DNA of 64,000 nt, from assembly GCA_963514005.1 (NCBI GenBank), contig OY740783.1, positions 129,828,001 to 129,892,000 on the forward strand. The letters run 5' to 3'. Position numbers and translations under genes: made by a program. The stretch comes from Raja brachyura. Taxonomy: Eukaryota. Positions 47,188-59,279 of the stretch are shown here, piece by piece (position 1 is the first letter of the stretch; every line of letters begins with the position of its first letter). Below the pieces are notes generated by a model. The model saw nothing but the letters and a program-made list of their open reading frames with translations. It had not been told where the DNA came from and did no database searches.

Positions 47188-47570
47188 AGCAATGTTACAA
47201 AATGTTGAGATTTTAAAAAGCAAGTCTGCAATTTATCCCATCCGATCAAGCACAAAAATAAGTTTAATTTGACACCTAATTCACTTTCATATCTTCAGTA
47301 GCAATGTTACAACATTTTGAGATTTAAAAAAATCAAGTCTGCAATTTATCCCATCAGATAAAGCATAAAAATAAGTTTAATTTGACACCTAATTCACTTT
47401 CATATCTTCAGTAATAAAAAAGTGATGGACATTTTCATACTCGGAAATTAGCATCTTGTTCCCTATTGCTTTTCCATTGACTTAACACAAAAGCTGTGAT
47501 CGTGGACAGTCAAAAGCCCATAACGTTGTTAACAATGAAGAGAACTGAATGAAATTTCCAGTTGGTTATT
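47188..47570. repeat. AT-rich repeat or DNA-transposon end with a tandem duplication of about 112 bp
   Basis: AGCAATGTTACAA...CATATCTTCAGT occurs twice in tandem (about 47188-47299 and 47300-47412). Confidence 0.65.
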
Positions 47571-47571
47571 A

Positions 47572-47600
47572 CTAGACCAAGTGCAGACCCGCATGGGGTC
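47572..47600 (-). mobile_element. Helitron-like 3' terminus
   Basis: Minus strand: hairpin GACCC-CATGC-GGGTC, 10-nt spacer, CTAG, followed by T. Confidence 0.5.
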
Positions 47601-48219
47601 TTGGGGGCTGCTGTATAATCGTCAGCTGTTGGCGCCGGGACAGTCGGTGGGGAACGCGCTCCCGCCCGCGCGCCCGCTCGCGCGCCCAGGAGCGGCCGTT
47701 GACAGGTGTGAGGGGGAGGGGGAGGGAGCTGACGCCGCGCGGGGGCGAGCGATGACAGGGGGGAGGGGGAGGGGGGAGGGGGAGGGAGCTGACGCCGCGC
47801 GGGGGCGAGCGATGACAGGGGGGGAGGGGGAGGGAGCTGACGCCGCGCGGGGGCGACCGTTGACAGTTGGGGTTCGTGAATGAGCGCGCGGTGACGGCTG
47901 GGGGCGGTTAACAGGCGTTGAACAATTGAATTGAAGGGTCGGCACCAGTTGGACCGGGCGGTTAACGGGCGGGCGGGCGGACACAGCTGGGGGGCGGGGG
48001 TGGGGGTGCGGGCGGTTGATGGGCGCCGACAATTGAGAGGTGAAGACGGGCGGGCAAGTGGGAGTATCAACAGCTGGAGGCCGTGAGCGAACGAGCATCA
48101 GTCGATAGTTGGGTCGGTTGAAGGTAAACGGACGTCGACGGCGGGGGAGGAGACGGGATGTTAACGGGCTGGAGAGTTGGGGAGGCGGGAGGTTAAATGG
48201 CGTCGAAAGCTGGCGCCTC

Positions 48220-50617
48220 GCGCGCTGTCACCATCCCCGCCCCCCCCCCCCCGCGCTGTCACCATCCCCCCCCCCGCGCTGTCACCACCCCCCCCCCCCG
48301 CGCTGTCACCATCCCCCCCCCGCGCTGTCACCATCCCCCCCCCGCGCTGTCACCATCCCCCCCCCCGCGCTGTCACCATCACCCCCCCCCCCCGCGCTGT
48401 CACCATCACCCCCCCCGCGCTGTCACCATCCCCCCCCCCGCGCTGTCACCATCACCCCCCCGCGCTGTCACCATCACCCCCCCCGCGCTGTCACCATCAC
48501 CCCCCCCGCGCTGTCACCATCACCCCCCCCGCGCTGTCACCATCACCCCCCGCGCTGTCACCATCCCCGCCCCCCCCCCGCGCTGTCACCATCCCCCCCC
48601 GCGCTGTCACCATCCCCGCCCCCCCCCGCGCGCTGTCACCATCCCCCCCCCCGCGCTGTCACCATCCCCCCCCCCGCGCTGTCACCATCACCCCCCCGCG
48701 CTGTCACCATCCCCCCCCCCGCGCTGTCACCATCACCCCCCCCGCGCTGTCACCATCCCCCCCCCGCGCTGTCACCATCCCCCCCCCCGCGCTGTCACCA
48801 TCCCCCCCCCGCGCTGTCACCACCCCCCCCCCGCGCTGTCACCATCCCCCCCCCGCGCTGTCACCATCCCCCCCCCGCGCTGTCACCATCCCCCCCCCCC
48901 GCGCTGTCACCATCCCCCCCCGCGCTGTCACCATCCCCCCCCCCCGCGCTGTCACCATCACCCCCCCCCCGCGCTGTCACCATCACCCCCCCCCCGCGCT
49001 GTCACCATCCCCCCCCCGCGCTGTCACCATCACCCCCCCCCCCGCGCTGTCACCATCCCCCCCCCCCCCGCGCTGTCACCATCCCCCCCCCCGCGCTGTC
49101 ACCATCCCCCCCCCCGCGCTGTCACCATCACCCCCCCCGCGCTGTCACCATCACCCCCCCCGCGCTGTCACCATCACCCCCCCCGCGCTGTCACCATCCC
49201 CCCCCCCCCCGCGCTGTCACCATCCCCCCCCCGCGCTGTCACCATGCCGCCCCCCCCGCGCTGTCACCATCACCCCCCCCGCGCTGTCACCATCCCCCCC
49301 CCCGCGCTGTCACCATCCCCCCCCCCCGCGCTGTCACCATCCCCCGCCCGCGCTGTCACCATCCCCCCCCCCGCGCTGTCACCATCCCCCCCCCGCGCTG
49401 TCACCATCACCCCCCCGCGCTGTCACCATCACCCCCCCCCCGCGCTGTCACCATCCCCCCCCCCGCGCTGTCACCATCCCCCCCCGCGCTGTCACCATCA
49501 CCCGCCCCCCCCCGCGCTGTCACCATCCCCCCCCCCGCGCCGTCACCATCCCCGCCCCCCCCCCCCCGCGCTGTCACCATCCCCCCCCCGCGCTGTCACC
49601 ATCCCCCCCCCCGCGCTGTCACCACCCCCCCCCCGCGCTGTCACCATCCCCCCCCCGCGCTGTCACCATCCCCCCCCCCGCGCTGTCACCATCCCCCCCC
49701 GCGCTGTCACCATCACCCGCCCCCCCCCGCGCTGTCACCATCCCCCCCCCCGCGCTGTCACCATCCCCCCCCCCGCGCTGTCACCATCCCCCCCCCGCGC
49801 TGTCACCATCACCCCCCCCCGCGCTGTCACCATCCCCCCCCCCGCGCTGTCACCATCCCCCCCCCCGCGCTGTCACCATCCCCCCCCCCGCGCTGTCACC
49901 ATCCCCCCCCCGCGCTGTCACCATCCCCGCCCCCCCCCGCGCTGTCACCATCCCCCCCCCCGCGCTGTCACCATCCCCGCCCCCCCCCGCGCTGTCACCA
50001 TCCCCGCCCCCCCCCGCGCTGTCACCATCCCCCCCCCCGCGCTGTCACCATCCCCGCCCCCCCCCGCGCTGTCACCATCCCCGCCCCCCCCCGCGCTGTC
50101 ACCATCCCCCCCCCGCGCTGTCACCATCACCCCCCCCCCGCGCTGTCACCATCCCCCCCCCCGCGCTGTCACCATCCCCCCCCCCCGCGCTGTCACCATC
50201 CCCGCCCCCCCCGCGCTGTCACCATCCCCCCCCCCGCGCTGTCACCATCCCCCCCCCGCGCTGTCACCATCCCCCCCCCGCGCTGTCACCATCACCCCCC
50301 CCCCGCGCTGTCACCCCCCCCCGCGCTGTCACCATCCCCCCCCCGCGCTGTCACCATCCCCCCCCCCCGCGCTGTCACCATCCCCCCCCCGCGCTGTCAC
50401 CATCCCCCCCCCCGCGCTGTCACCATCCCCCCCCCCGCGCTGTCACCATCCCCCCCCCCCGCGCTGTCACCACCCCCCCCGCGCTGTCACCATCCCCCCC
50501 CCGCGCTGTCACCATCCCCCCCCCCGCGCTGTCACCATCCCCCCCCCGCGCTGTCACCATCCCCCCCCCCCCCGCGCTGTCACCATCCCCCCCCGCGCTG
50601 TCACCATCCCCCCCCCC
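48220..50617. repeat. C-rich/CpG-rich minisatellite, about 2.4 kb, unit CGCGCTGTCACCAT(C)n, about 20-25 bp
   Basis: Directly visible; invariant core with variable C-run. Confidence 0.98.
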
Positions 50618-50862
50618 CATCCCATTGGCTGCCTCTTCCCGCCAAGTCAGGCTGCCTCTTCCCGCCAAGTCAGGGGCTCGATTGTTCACCGCATTTTGAA
50701 GGAAGGTACAAAGAGGTGAGGAAATATTATTGTTTTCTGTCGATATTATTCTGTACTGAATGTTATTTTCTGTTCAGGGAGAGGAGAAGGGGGGGGGGGG
50801 CGTAGAGAAGGGGGGGGGGGAAGGCAAAGGCTTAGCGGGGGTTGGAGGAGGGGAGAAGGAGG

Positions 50863-52515
50863 GAAGACAGATGCTGCTAAGGGCATTCTTATCATACCCG
50901 ACTGGCCTACGTAGCCATGGTATCCGGTGGTCCTTGACATGATCAGTCAACCTTGGGTCCTCTTAGAGGGTTGCCCACAATTGGTCACTAACCCTGTGTC
51001 AGGGGAACCACATCCCTGCCACAGTCATCTAAACTTATTGGCTTGCAGGTTCTGAACAGGCCATTACTGCGGTATGGCCTATCATCTAGAACCATGGATA
51101 CCATCGGAGCGTCATGCCGGGAGTCCACCAGGCGGCAATATCTCACACACATCCGGAAATGGGAAACCTTCTGCAGCCGCTCCCACATTGCATATGACTC
51201 CGTAACCATCACCAACGTATTGGTATTCCTGGCGGGGTTGCACCATGACGAACACCTCAGCTACAGTGCCATCAACAGCGCCAGGAGTGCGCTGTCATTC
51301 TACCTCAACATTGAGGTAGGATCCAACAGGCTGGTGTCCAGACTCATGCGGGGAATATTCAATTCCAATCCGCCCAGACCGCGTTATAACGTCACCTGGG
51401 ATATTGGGAAGGTATTAACCCTGCTCAGGACGTGGTCGCCCATGGAGGGGCTTGAGCTGGACAAACTCACCCTGAAGCTGGTGATGTTACTGGCACTGAC
51501 TTCAGCGCAGAGGGTACAGACACTCCACAAGGTCAGGATCGACAGGATGATCTCTACCCCTGCGGAAGTAATCTTCTTCATAGATGAATTACTCAAGCAG
51601 CATAGACCTGGGTTCACAGGGCTGCAGCTGAAGTTCCCGGCATAGTCCGCTGTTGCAAGGCTATGTTTAGCCGCCCATATCCGTCACTATGTGAAAGTGA
51701 TGAGAAAACTGAGGGGAATGGAGAAATACTTGCTCATCAGCCACAAGAAACCTCACCATAGAGTGACGGTCCAGACGATCTCCAGATGGCTCAGGATCGT
51801 CTTGGGTGAGTCAGGTATTGACACTAATGTTTTCAAATCCCATTCCACCAAGGTTGCATCAACGTCGGCGGCAAGGGTCATGGAGGTGCCCATGGACCGT
51901 ATTCTTGCCACAGCAGGATGGCGAATGAAGCCACCTTCCAGTGGTTCTACAATAAACCTGTTGCCGCTCCTGTACAGTTCGCGGAGGCCATGCTGAATGC
52001 AGGTCAAGAACGTGCAGATGTCCCCTAGTGAGGGTTTTTTTCTTTTATTGTTAACAAATATTGTTATTATTTTTCAGTACAAGCAGTCTGGAAAGTTGAT
52101 TACTCCTATCCATCCTTATAAGTGGTGTGTGACAGCATGGACATGGTCCAGGGCATGGAATCACAGAGCTTTGAAGTCCTCACGAAGTCACTCACGTGAC
52201 TCCGAAATGAAATAGTAAGATTAAACGAGAACTTACCAGTTCGAAGGTTGATCTTTATTTTATGAGGAGTTGCGATGAGGGACTTCGTGCCCTCCGCTCC
52301 AAACCCTCGATCATAAATCAACTGGTAATTAGAGTCTCTTCAATCTTACTATAACAAGTCATTTCTCTGTTGTTGTTTCTGTGATTCCACACCGCTACTT
52401 TGAAGTATGTCGCGCATGCGTGCTGGCGGGTTCTTCACGAAATCCCTCATCGCAACTCCTCATAAAATAAGGATCAATCTTCGAACTGGTAAGTTCTCGT
52501 TTAATCTTACTATTT
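50863..52515 (+). mobile_element. DIRS-type tyrosine-recombinase retrotransposon, 3' portion
   Basis: GILIIPDWPT*PWYP (end of the upstream pol/MT ORF), overlapping YR ORF, and an 80-bp inverted repeat (52210-52289 / 52436-52515, 3 mismatches) matching the ICR/right-terminus arrangement. Confidence 0.88.
51043..51996 (+). pseudogene. DIRS tyrosine recombinase, inactivated
   Basis: STRRQY..W..FC, SARSALS, LLALTSAQR, HSTK (normally HSTR), AGW, then TFQWFYNKP after a frameshift; TAG at 51643-51645. Confidence 0.88.
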
Positions 52516-52599
52516 GTGTTCATTTTAGTTTGTAAATACTGATCAGTGGTTCCTGCTCCAGTCCAATTATTTTACTGCTCTTTGATATGATTGTGTTGA

Positions 52600-54390
52600 G
52601 TGGGTTACGATGGATGTTGGATAGTGACAAAAACCAGGCTGACATATTGAAGGTTATTACTGATTGAATTAAACATTTGTCAAAAGTTGTAAGGACTGAC
52701 GGTGAACCTGAAGTCTACGGAGTTTCCTTAGGAAAAAAGGCGCTGCTGACACATAGAATATATTGTTTCACTGTTTAGTTGGCAGGTGAGTTTGTGATCT
52801 ATTATTGTCCCAAGGTGTCTGTATGACTCGACCCTTGCTATTGGCTGGTGTTGACTAACAGAGTAGGGGTGATGGAAGGACCTTTACGGAAGTCAACAAC
52901 CAACTCCTTTGTTGTGGAGGTATTGAGGTCAAGGCAGTTCCGCCTACACCACTCTGCAAAAATGTCCATCTCAGACTGTAGCTGTCCCTGTGAGTTGGTG
53001 GTGTCCACGATCACAGTATCATCAGAGTATTTAATGTATGTTATACCTGGGTTAGTGCTCCTGCAGTCGTTTGTGTATAGTGTGTACAGAACCGGTGAGA
53101 TGACAGAGCCTTGTGGGGCTCCTGTGGAGACTGTCTTGGATGAACTGAGGTGACCGTTGACTCAGACCCTCTGGTGTCTATCTGTTAAGAATGAGAGGAT
53201 CCAGAGGATCAGGTGTGGGTTGACATCCATCTGGAGCAGGTTTCGTCCCATCAGGTGAGGTTGCATGGAGTTAAAGGCACTAGAGAAGTCCACAAAGACC
53301 AGTCTAATGAATGATTTGGGCTTCTCAAGATGGGTGTAGGCGCCATGCAGCAGTGTTAGTGCAACGTCATCCACACCCCTGTGCCCCATTGTACGCAAAC
53401 TGAAAAAGGTCAGCATACATACTGACCTCAAGATTCAAGATTCAAGAGAGTTTATTGTCATGTGTCCCTGACAGGACAATGAAATTCTTGCTTTGCTTCA
53501 GTACAACAGAACATAGAAGGCATGACTGTAGAACAGATCAGAGTGTCCATATACCATTATATAAATATATACACACATGAATAAATAAACTGATAAAGTG
53601 CAAATAAACAGATAATCGGATATTAATGATCAGAGTTTTGTCCGAGCCAAGTTTAATAGCCTGATGGCTGTGGGGAAGTAGCTTTTCCTGAACCTGGTCG
53701 TTGCAGTCTTCAGGCTCCTGTACCTTCTACCTGAAGGTAGCAGGGACATGAGTGTGTGGCCAGGATGGTGTGGGTCCTTGATGATACTGCCAGCCTTTTT
53801 AAGGCAACGACTGCGATAGATCCCCTCGATGGAAGGGAGGTCAGAGCCGATGATGGACTGGGCAGTGTTTACTACTTTTTGTAAGCTTTTCCGCTCCAGG
53901 GCGCTCAAGTTGCCGAACCAAGCCACGATGCAACTGGTCAGCATGCTCTCTACTGTGCACCTGTAGAAGTTCGAGAGAGTCCTCCTTGACAAACCGCTGA
54001 AGCTGGGAAAGAATAAGCCTTTCAAAGCCTTTCATGACCAAAGATGTTAATGCCACAGGCCGGTAGTCATTGTCACAGGTGGGATTGCTCTTTTTGGCTG
54101 CAGGACAGATGGTTACGGATTTCCAGTGTGACGGGATTGATTGTTCTGACAGGGAACGGTTGAAGAGATGACAGAAAACACCAGCCAGCTGGCTGCAGCA
54201 GGCCTTCTGCAACCGGCCACAGATCTGGTCAGGTACTGGTGCTTTATTCAGTTCCATCCTCCTAAGCATGAGTTCAAACTCCCCCTGTCGCAGCTCCAGG
54301 TTTACTTGGGTAGGTACCATTGGAGTGAGCTCAGCTATTAGCTCCTCCCTCTCCTGTGAGTAGTCAGACTGCTCAAACCTGCAGTAGAAT
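52600..54390 (-). mobile_element. Rex1 LINE RT region with a nested second Rex1 3' end (about 53428-53995)
   Basis: [28 protein letters not shown]; nested ORF 53630-54025 with (CAAGATT)n tail. Confidence 0.88.
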
Positions 54391-54399
54391 TGATGAAAC

Positions 54400-54760
54400 A
54401 TCTTATAGCGAGCAAGATAGATCACTCGACGAAAAAGAAGTAGTACGGTCATGGGTCGATTCATGGGTAATTTATGGCCCCATTTCCGTAACCGGCTTCC
54501 GTCTCCAAAGATCCCATCGCGGAGCAAAGATACTAGTGCGGAGATGTAAACCGGTTACGGAAACATCCTCGTAAAAATCAAAGTTCTTTGGTAAAAATCT
54601 TCTCCTCATTTTCAGAATTATAATTTATTAACACAAACTGTTCCCCCACAACGCTGATTACACTGCGAGTCAGGTCGGGTTGGGTTACTGAAATGGATGA
54701 AAAAAAGGCCCATTGTATTTAGCAGGAGTGGTCTATCTTGCTCCGCTATAGGATCTTTGG
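54400..54760. mobile_element. Non-autonomous TIR element related to 7109-9108
   Basis: GAGCAAGATAGATCACTC ... GAGTGGTCTATCTTGCTC..ATCTTTGG. Confidence 0.55.
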
Positions 54761-55221
54761 AATTGATTAAGGCTCTCTGCCATGTTGACAGAGTCTTCTG
54801 ACCAGGTGTTTGATGATGCCGAGTTATTGTTGGGGAGGCCAGCCAGTGTTTTAACGCCTCACCGGGTGTTCCTGGCTTTACCTTCCCGAAAGAGTTTCTC
54901 AACTCTCTCCTTGTAACTTAGTCATTACTAATAATAATAATTAAAAATAACTTTAGTCATTTCCCCCAAAAATTACTGCCGAGGAGCACTTCCAAGAAGT
55001 AACTGCTGATGTCTGTTCCAGTGACTGTTATCTTTTTTACTGCTGTTCTGTAGTTTGCTTATTCCAGGCATATTCTGTTCTGTGGTTTTTTCCAAGTATT
55101 GCAAGTCTCACTCACGTCTACATGAGTCAGCAGTATATTTCCTCTGTCAGTAGTTTTAAAGCTACATAGACACTTCAGCAAGAAAACAGAGAATGGCCAC
55201 GTATCCCATCATGCAAGGTAA

Positions 55222-55636
55222 TTCTAGCAAAGAGGTTCTTCTGCAGTTGTACAAAGCCCTAGTGAGACCACACCTGGAGTATTGTGTGCAGTCTTGGTTC
55301 TCTAATTTGAGGAAGGACATTCTTGCTATCGAGGGAGTGCAGCGTAGGTTTAGAAGGTTAATTCCCAGGATGGCGGGACTGTCATATGCTAAGAGAATGG
55401 AGCGGCCGGGCTTGTAAACTCTGGAGTTTAGAAGGATGAGAGGGAATCTCATTGAAACATATAAGATTGTTAAGGGTTTAGACACGCTAGAGGCAGGAAA
55501 CATGTTCCCGATTTTGGGGGAGTCCAGAACCAGGGGTCACAGTTTCAGAATAAGGAGTAAGCCATTTAGAACGGAGATGAGGAAACACTTTTTCTCACAG
55601 AGAGTGGCGAGTCTGTGGAATTCTCTGCTTCAGAGG
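55222..55636 (+). mobile_element. CR1 ORF2 C-terminal fragment
   Basis: SKEVLLQLYKALVRPHLEYCVQ; MRGNLIETYKI..RTRGHS. Confidence 0.88.
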
Positions 55637-55814
55637 GTGCCACAGTTCCTCCAGCACTTTGTGTTTTGCTCAAGATTCCAGCATCTGCAGTTCCTTGAGT
55701 CTCTGAACATTTTTTTGCAAGTGGTTAGGTTTACATTTCTGTTTTATAAAACGGGGCCTCTGCGTCCTTTCCAATCAGAAGTTAGTCCGCATCTGGAACG
55801 CTTACTTCACCTTC

Positions 55815-56120
55815 GGTTTACTTTAGAGATACGGCGCGGAAGCAGGCCCTTCGACCCACCAAGACTGTGCCAACCAGTGATCATCCCGTACACTAGCCGT
55901 ATTCTACACATTTGGGTCAATTTACGATTTACAGAAGCCAATGAACCTACAAGTATACACGTCTTTGGGGAGTGTGGGGGGAAACCAGAGCACCCGGAGA
56001 AAACCCACACGGTCACAGGGAGAACGTACAAACTCCATACAGACTGCACCCATAGTCAGGATGCAACCCGGGTCTCTGGTGCTGTAAAGCAGCAACTCTA
56101 CCGCTGACCACTGTGTCGCC
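55815..56120 (-). mobile_element. V-SINE
   Basis: Reverse-complement SINE. Confidence 0.82.
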
Positions 56121-56344
56121 CTGTGACAAGTCAGAGGTAGCTATAGAAGCGGTCTTTTAGAAACCATTTGGACAGATAAATGGATAGGAAGGGGTACTTG
56201 GGCCCATGGGCCAAATGGGACTAGCCCAATATGCCAACCTGATTGGCATGGGCAAGGTGGACTGAAGGGCCTGTTCCCATGCTGCCAGGCTCCTATACCT
56301 TCTTCCCAATGGCAGAATTCAAATGGGGGCGTGGCCATGGTGGT

Positions 56345-57540
56345 ATGGGTCTCTGATGATGCTGACGGCCTTATTGTGGCAACTCCTTCTATAGACCCCT
56401 TCGATGGTGGTGAGATCAGTACCCATGATGGACTGGCCAGTGTCCACCACTCTCTATAGTCTCCTTCATTCCTGGGCGTTCGAGTTGCTGAACCAGGCCG
56501 TGATGCAACCAGTCAATATGTCCTCTACCGCACGTCTGTAGAAGTTCAAAAGAATATTCCTTGACAAACGGAATCTCGTCAATCTTCTCAGGAAGTAGAG
56601 GCATTGGTGGCCTTTATTGATGCCTGCATCAATGTGCTTGGTCCAGTGGTGATCTTCAGAGATGTGCATGACGAAGATCCTAAAGTTGTTCTAGATCTAG
56701 ATCTAGGTGTATAACACTGAGAAGCTCTAGGTAGAACATCACTCAGCACTGGACGATTGTTTTTTACATTTTACCAAGCCAATTAACCTACAAACCTGTA
56801 TGTCTTTGGAGTGTGGGGAGGAAACCGAAGATCTCGGAGAAAACCCACGCAGGTCCCGGGGAGAACGTACAAACTCCGTACAGACAGCACCCATAGTTGG
56901 AATCGAACCCAGGTCTTTGGCACTGCATTTTGCTCTAAGCCAGCAACTCTACCGCTGCGCCACCGCCACTGTTAACTTTCTCCACCACCGAACCATTGAT
57001 AAAAACAGGTTTGTGGATCCTCGGCCTTCTTCTAAAATCAATAATCAGCTCCTTGGTCTTACTGACGTTGAGAGCATGGTTAAGTAAGTAAGTAAGTAAC
57101 TTTATTGGCCAAGTATTCGCATACAAGGAATTTGCCTTGGTGCTCTGCCCACAAGTAACATGACATACAGTGACAGTTACGATTGACTCCGAAAACACTA
57201 AACATTAATAATAATAAAACATAAATAATAAAACACCATTGATCAAGCATGTGAACCAACAAAGTACCAGATCAAAGGGAGGCTACAGATTTTTGGCTGT
57301 TGAGTAGAGCAACTACTTGTTGAAAAAAGCTGTTTTTTCATGTCTGGCTGTGGAAGCTTTGACTATCCGGAGTCGTCTTCCAGAGGGAAGTGATTCAAAG
57401 AGTTTGTGGCCAGGGTGAGAGGGGTCAGAGATGATATTGCCTGCTCGCTTCCTGGCCCTTGCAGTGTACAGTTCATCAATGGAGGGAAGGTTGCAGCCAA
57501 TAACCTTCTCTGCTGATCGGACGATTCGCTGCAGCCCCTT
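56345..57540 (-). mobile_element. Mosaic of Rex1 fragments and a V-SINE
   Basis: CLYFLRRL..NFYR (56466-56669); LNVSKTKELIIDFR (about 56970-57080); SINE at about 56760-56965. Confidence 0.72.
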
Positions 57541-57967
57541 AAATTCTAAATGTAGAAATATAGAACTGCAGATGCAGGTTTATACCAAATATATACACAA
57601 AGTGCTGGAGTAACTCAGCAGGTCAGGCAGCATCTCTGGCGAAAAAGGATAGGTGTCATTTTGGGGTGGGAACCCTCTTCAGACTGCTGGTATAAACCAG
57701 CATCTGGAGATGTTTGTTTCTACATTTTGGCTTACGTAAGTCTCTTCCTCTCAGCAGTTTGAAGAAAGGTCCCGACCCGAAACGCCAGCACGTGCTCTGT
57801 GCAGCCCTCACCGCTGATCGTGCGCTCTTCGGTCGCTGCCTGTATGCAGGAAGAAGGAGCAGGGCCGAGTGGTCAGATTTCCAATAGTAAGGGCAAGGGA
57901 TGGAGCGATAGGCATCCCTGATGGTGGTACAGCAGTGATCCAGGGTGTTTGCAGGGAATCACAGTGC

Positions 57968-58257
57968 GTAGCACAGTGGCACACCGGTAGAGTTGCTGCC
58001 TTACAGCGCCAGAGACCCGGGTTCGATCCCGACTACGGGTGCAGTCTGTACGGAGTTTGTATGGTTCTCCCCGTGATCTCTGAGATCTTCGCTTTCCTCC
58101 CACACTCCAAAGACATACAGGTTTGTAGGTTAATTGGCTTGGCAAGTGCAACATTGTCCCTAGTGGCTGTAGGATAGTGTTAATGTGCGGGGATCGCTGG
58201 TCAGCGCGGACCCGGTGGGCCGAAGGACCAGTTTGCGCGCTGTATCTCTAAACTAAA
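57968..58257 (+). mobile_element. V-SINE
   Basis: A/B boxes, core and tail. Confidence 0.85.
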
Positions 58258-58304
58258 AGGACACGTGCTGGTGCAGTAAATGGTTACTTCAAGCTGGCTT
58301 TGTT

Positions 58305-58613
58305 GAAGTCCAGAACCAGGGACCACAGTTTAAGAATAAGGGGTAAGCCATTTAGAACGGAGACGAGGAATCACTTTTTCTCACAGAGAGTTGTGAGTCT
58401 GTGGAATTCTCTGCCTCAAAGGGCGGTGGAGGCAGGTTCTCGAGATACTTTCAAGAGAGAGCTAGATAGGGCTCTTAAAGATAGCGGAGTCAGGGGATAT
58501 GGGGAGAAGGCAGAAATGGGGTACTGATTGGGGATGGTTAGTCATGATCACATTGAATGGCGGTGCTGGCTCAAAGGGCCGAATGGCCTGCTCCTGCACC
58601 TATTGTCTATTGT
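58305..58613 (+). mobile_element. CR1 3' end
   Basis: SRTRDHSLRIRG..FFSQRVVSLWNSLP; tail CCTATTGTCTATTGTC. Confidence 0.85.
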
Positions 58614-58995
58614 CAGACTACATTGCTAAAGGCGTCAGGGTACATTGATTGGTGTTTGTTGACCACGGCGTGCACCTCCTCCAATACTAGACGGACGTCT
58701 GCCTGGGGCGGGATGTCCACCGCGGTCAGGATGATGGAGGTGAATTCCCTTGGGGGCTGGGGGAGGGGTGGAAATGGCGACACTTCACCACCAGGTGTTC
58801 CTAGTGCGTGGAGCAGGAGTTGGACAGGACTGCCACGTCTGAGCGCCACAAAGAGTTGACCATGAGGTTGACGCCACTGCCTCTCCCATTACCCCGATGC
58901 CTCCATTCTGTCCATGTGATAGATGGAGAAACCTTCGCACTGGAGGGCTTCTGCTAATCTGGGAGCTGGAGGAGAAACAGAGCACACAGAGAAAG
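58614..58995 (-). mobile_element. Rex1 endonuclease fragment
   Basis: EGFSIYHMDR.EASG and PREFTSIILTAV.IPPQAD motifs. Confidence 0.78.
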
Positions 58996-59279
58996 TGCAA
59001 ATGAAAGTGCAAGGGCAGGAATGGGGTAGTTTGGGTATCAAGACAACACCAGATAGTCTGATTACAGCGGGGAAGAAACTGGTCCTGAATATGATGGACA
59101 GTGCTTTCAAGCATTTGTCTCTTCTGCCTCGAAGGAGAGGGGAGAAGGGGGAATGACCGGGATGAGGGAGATGGGAGGCTGGAAGTTGATGCAGAAGTCA
59201 TTGACAGCAAGTTTAGCAAACAGGACTACGTAAGGGTGCAAGGACCTCCTCCCTTGACCCTGTCCAGGAACCCCCGACT

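Noticed and set aside
48220-50617. Invariant core with variable spacers resembling CRISPR
   Set aside because: The spacers are only C homopolymers of varying length.
48109-50805. Three overlapping 840-898-aa extensin-like ORFs
   Set aside because: All three frames are open across a minisatellite with variable C-runs; not protein-coding.
51043-51996. Phage integrase, horizontal transfer or contamination
   Set aside because: The overlapping upstream ORF and ICR/terminal inverted repeats identify a DIRS retrotransposon.
58613-58960. Minus-strand host exon after a pyrimidine tract
   Set aside because: Translates to frameshifted Rex1 endonuclease motifs.
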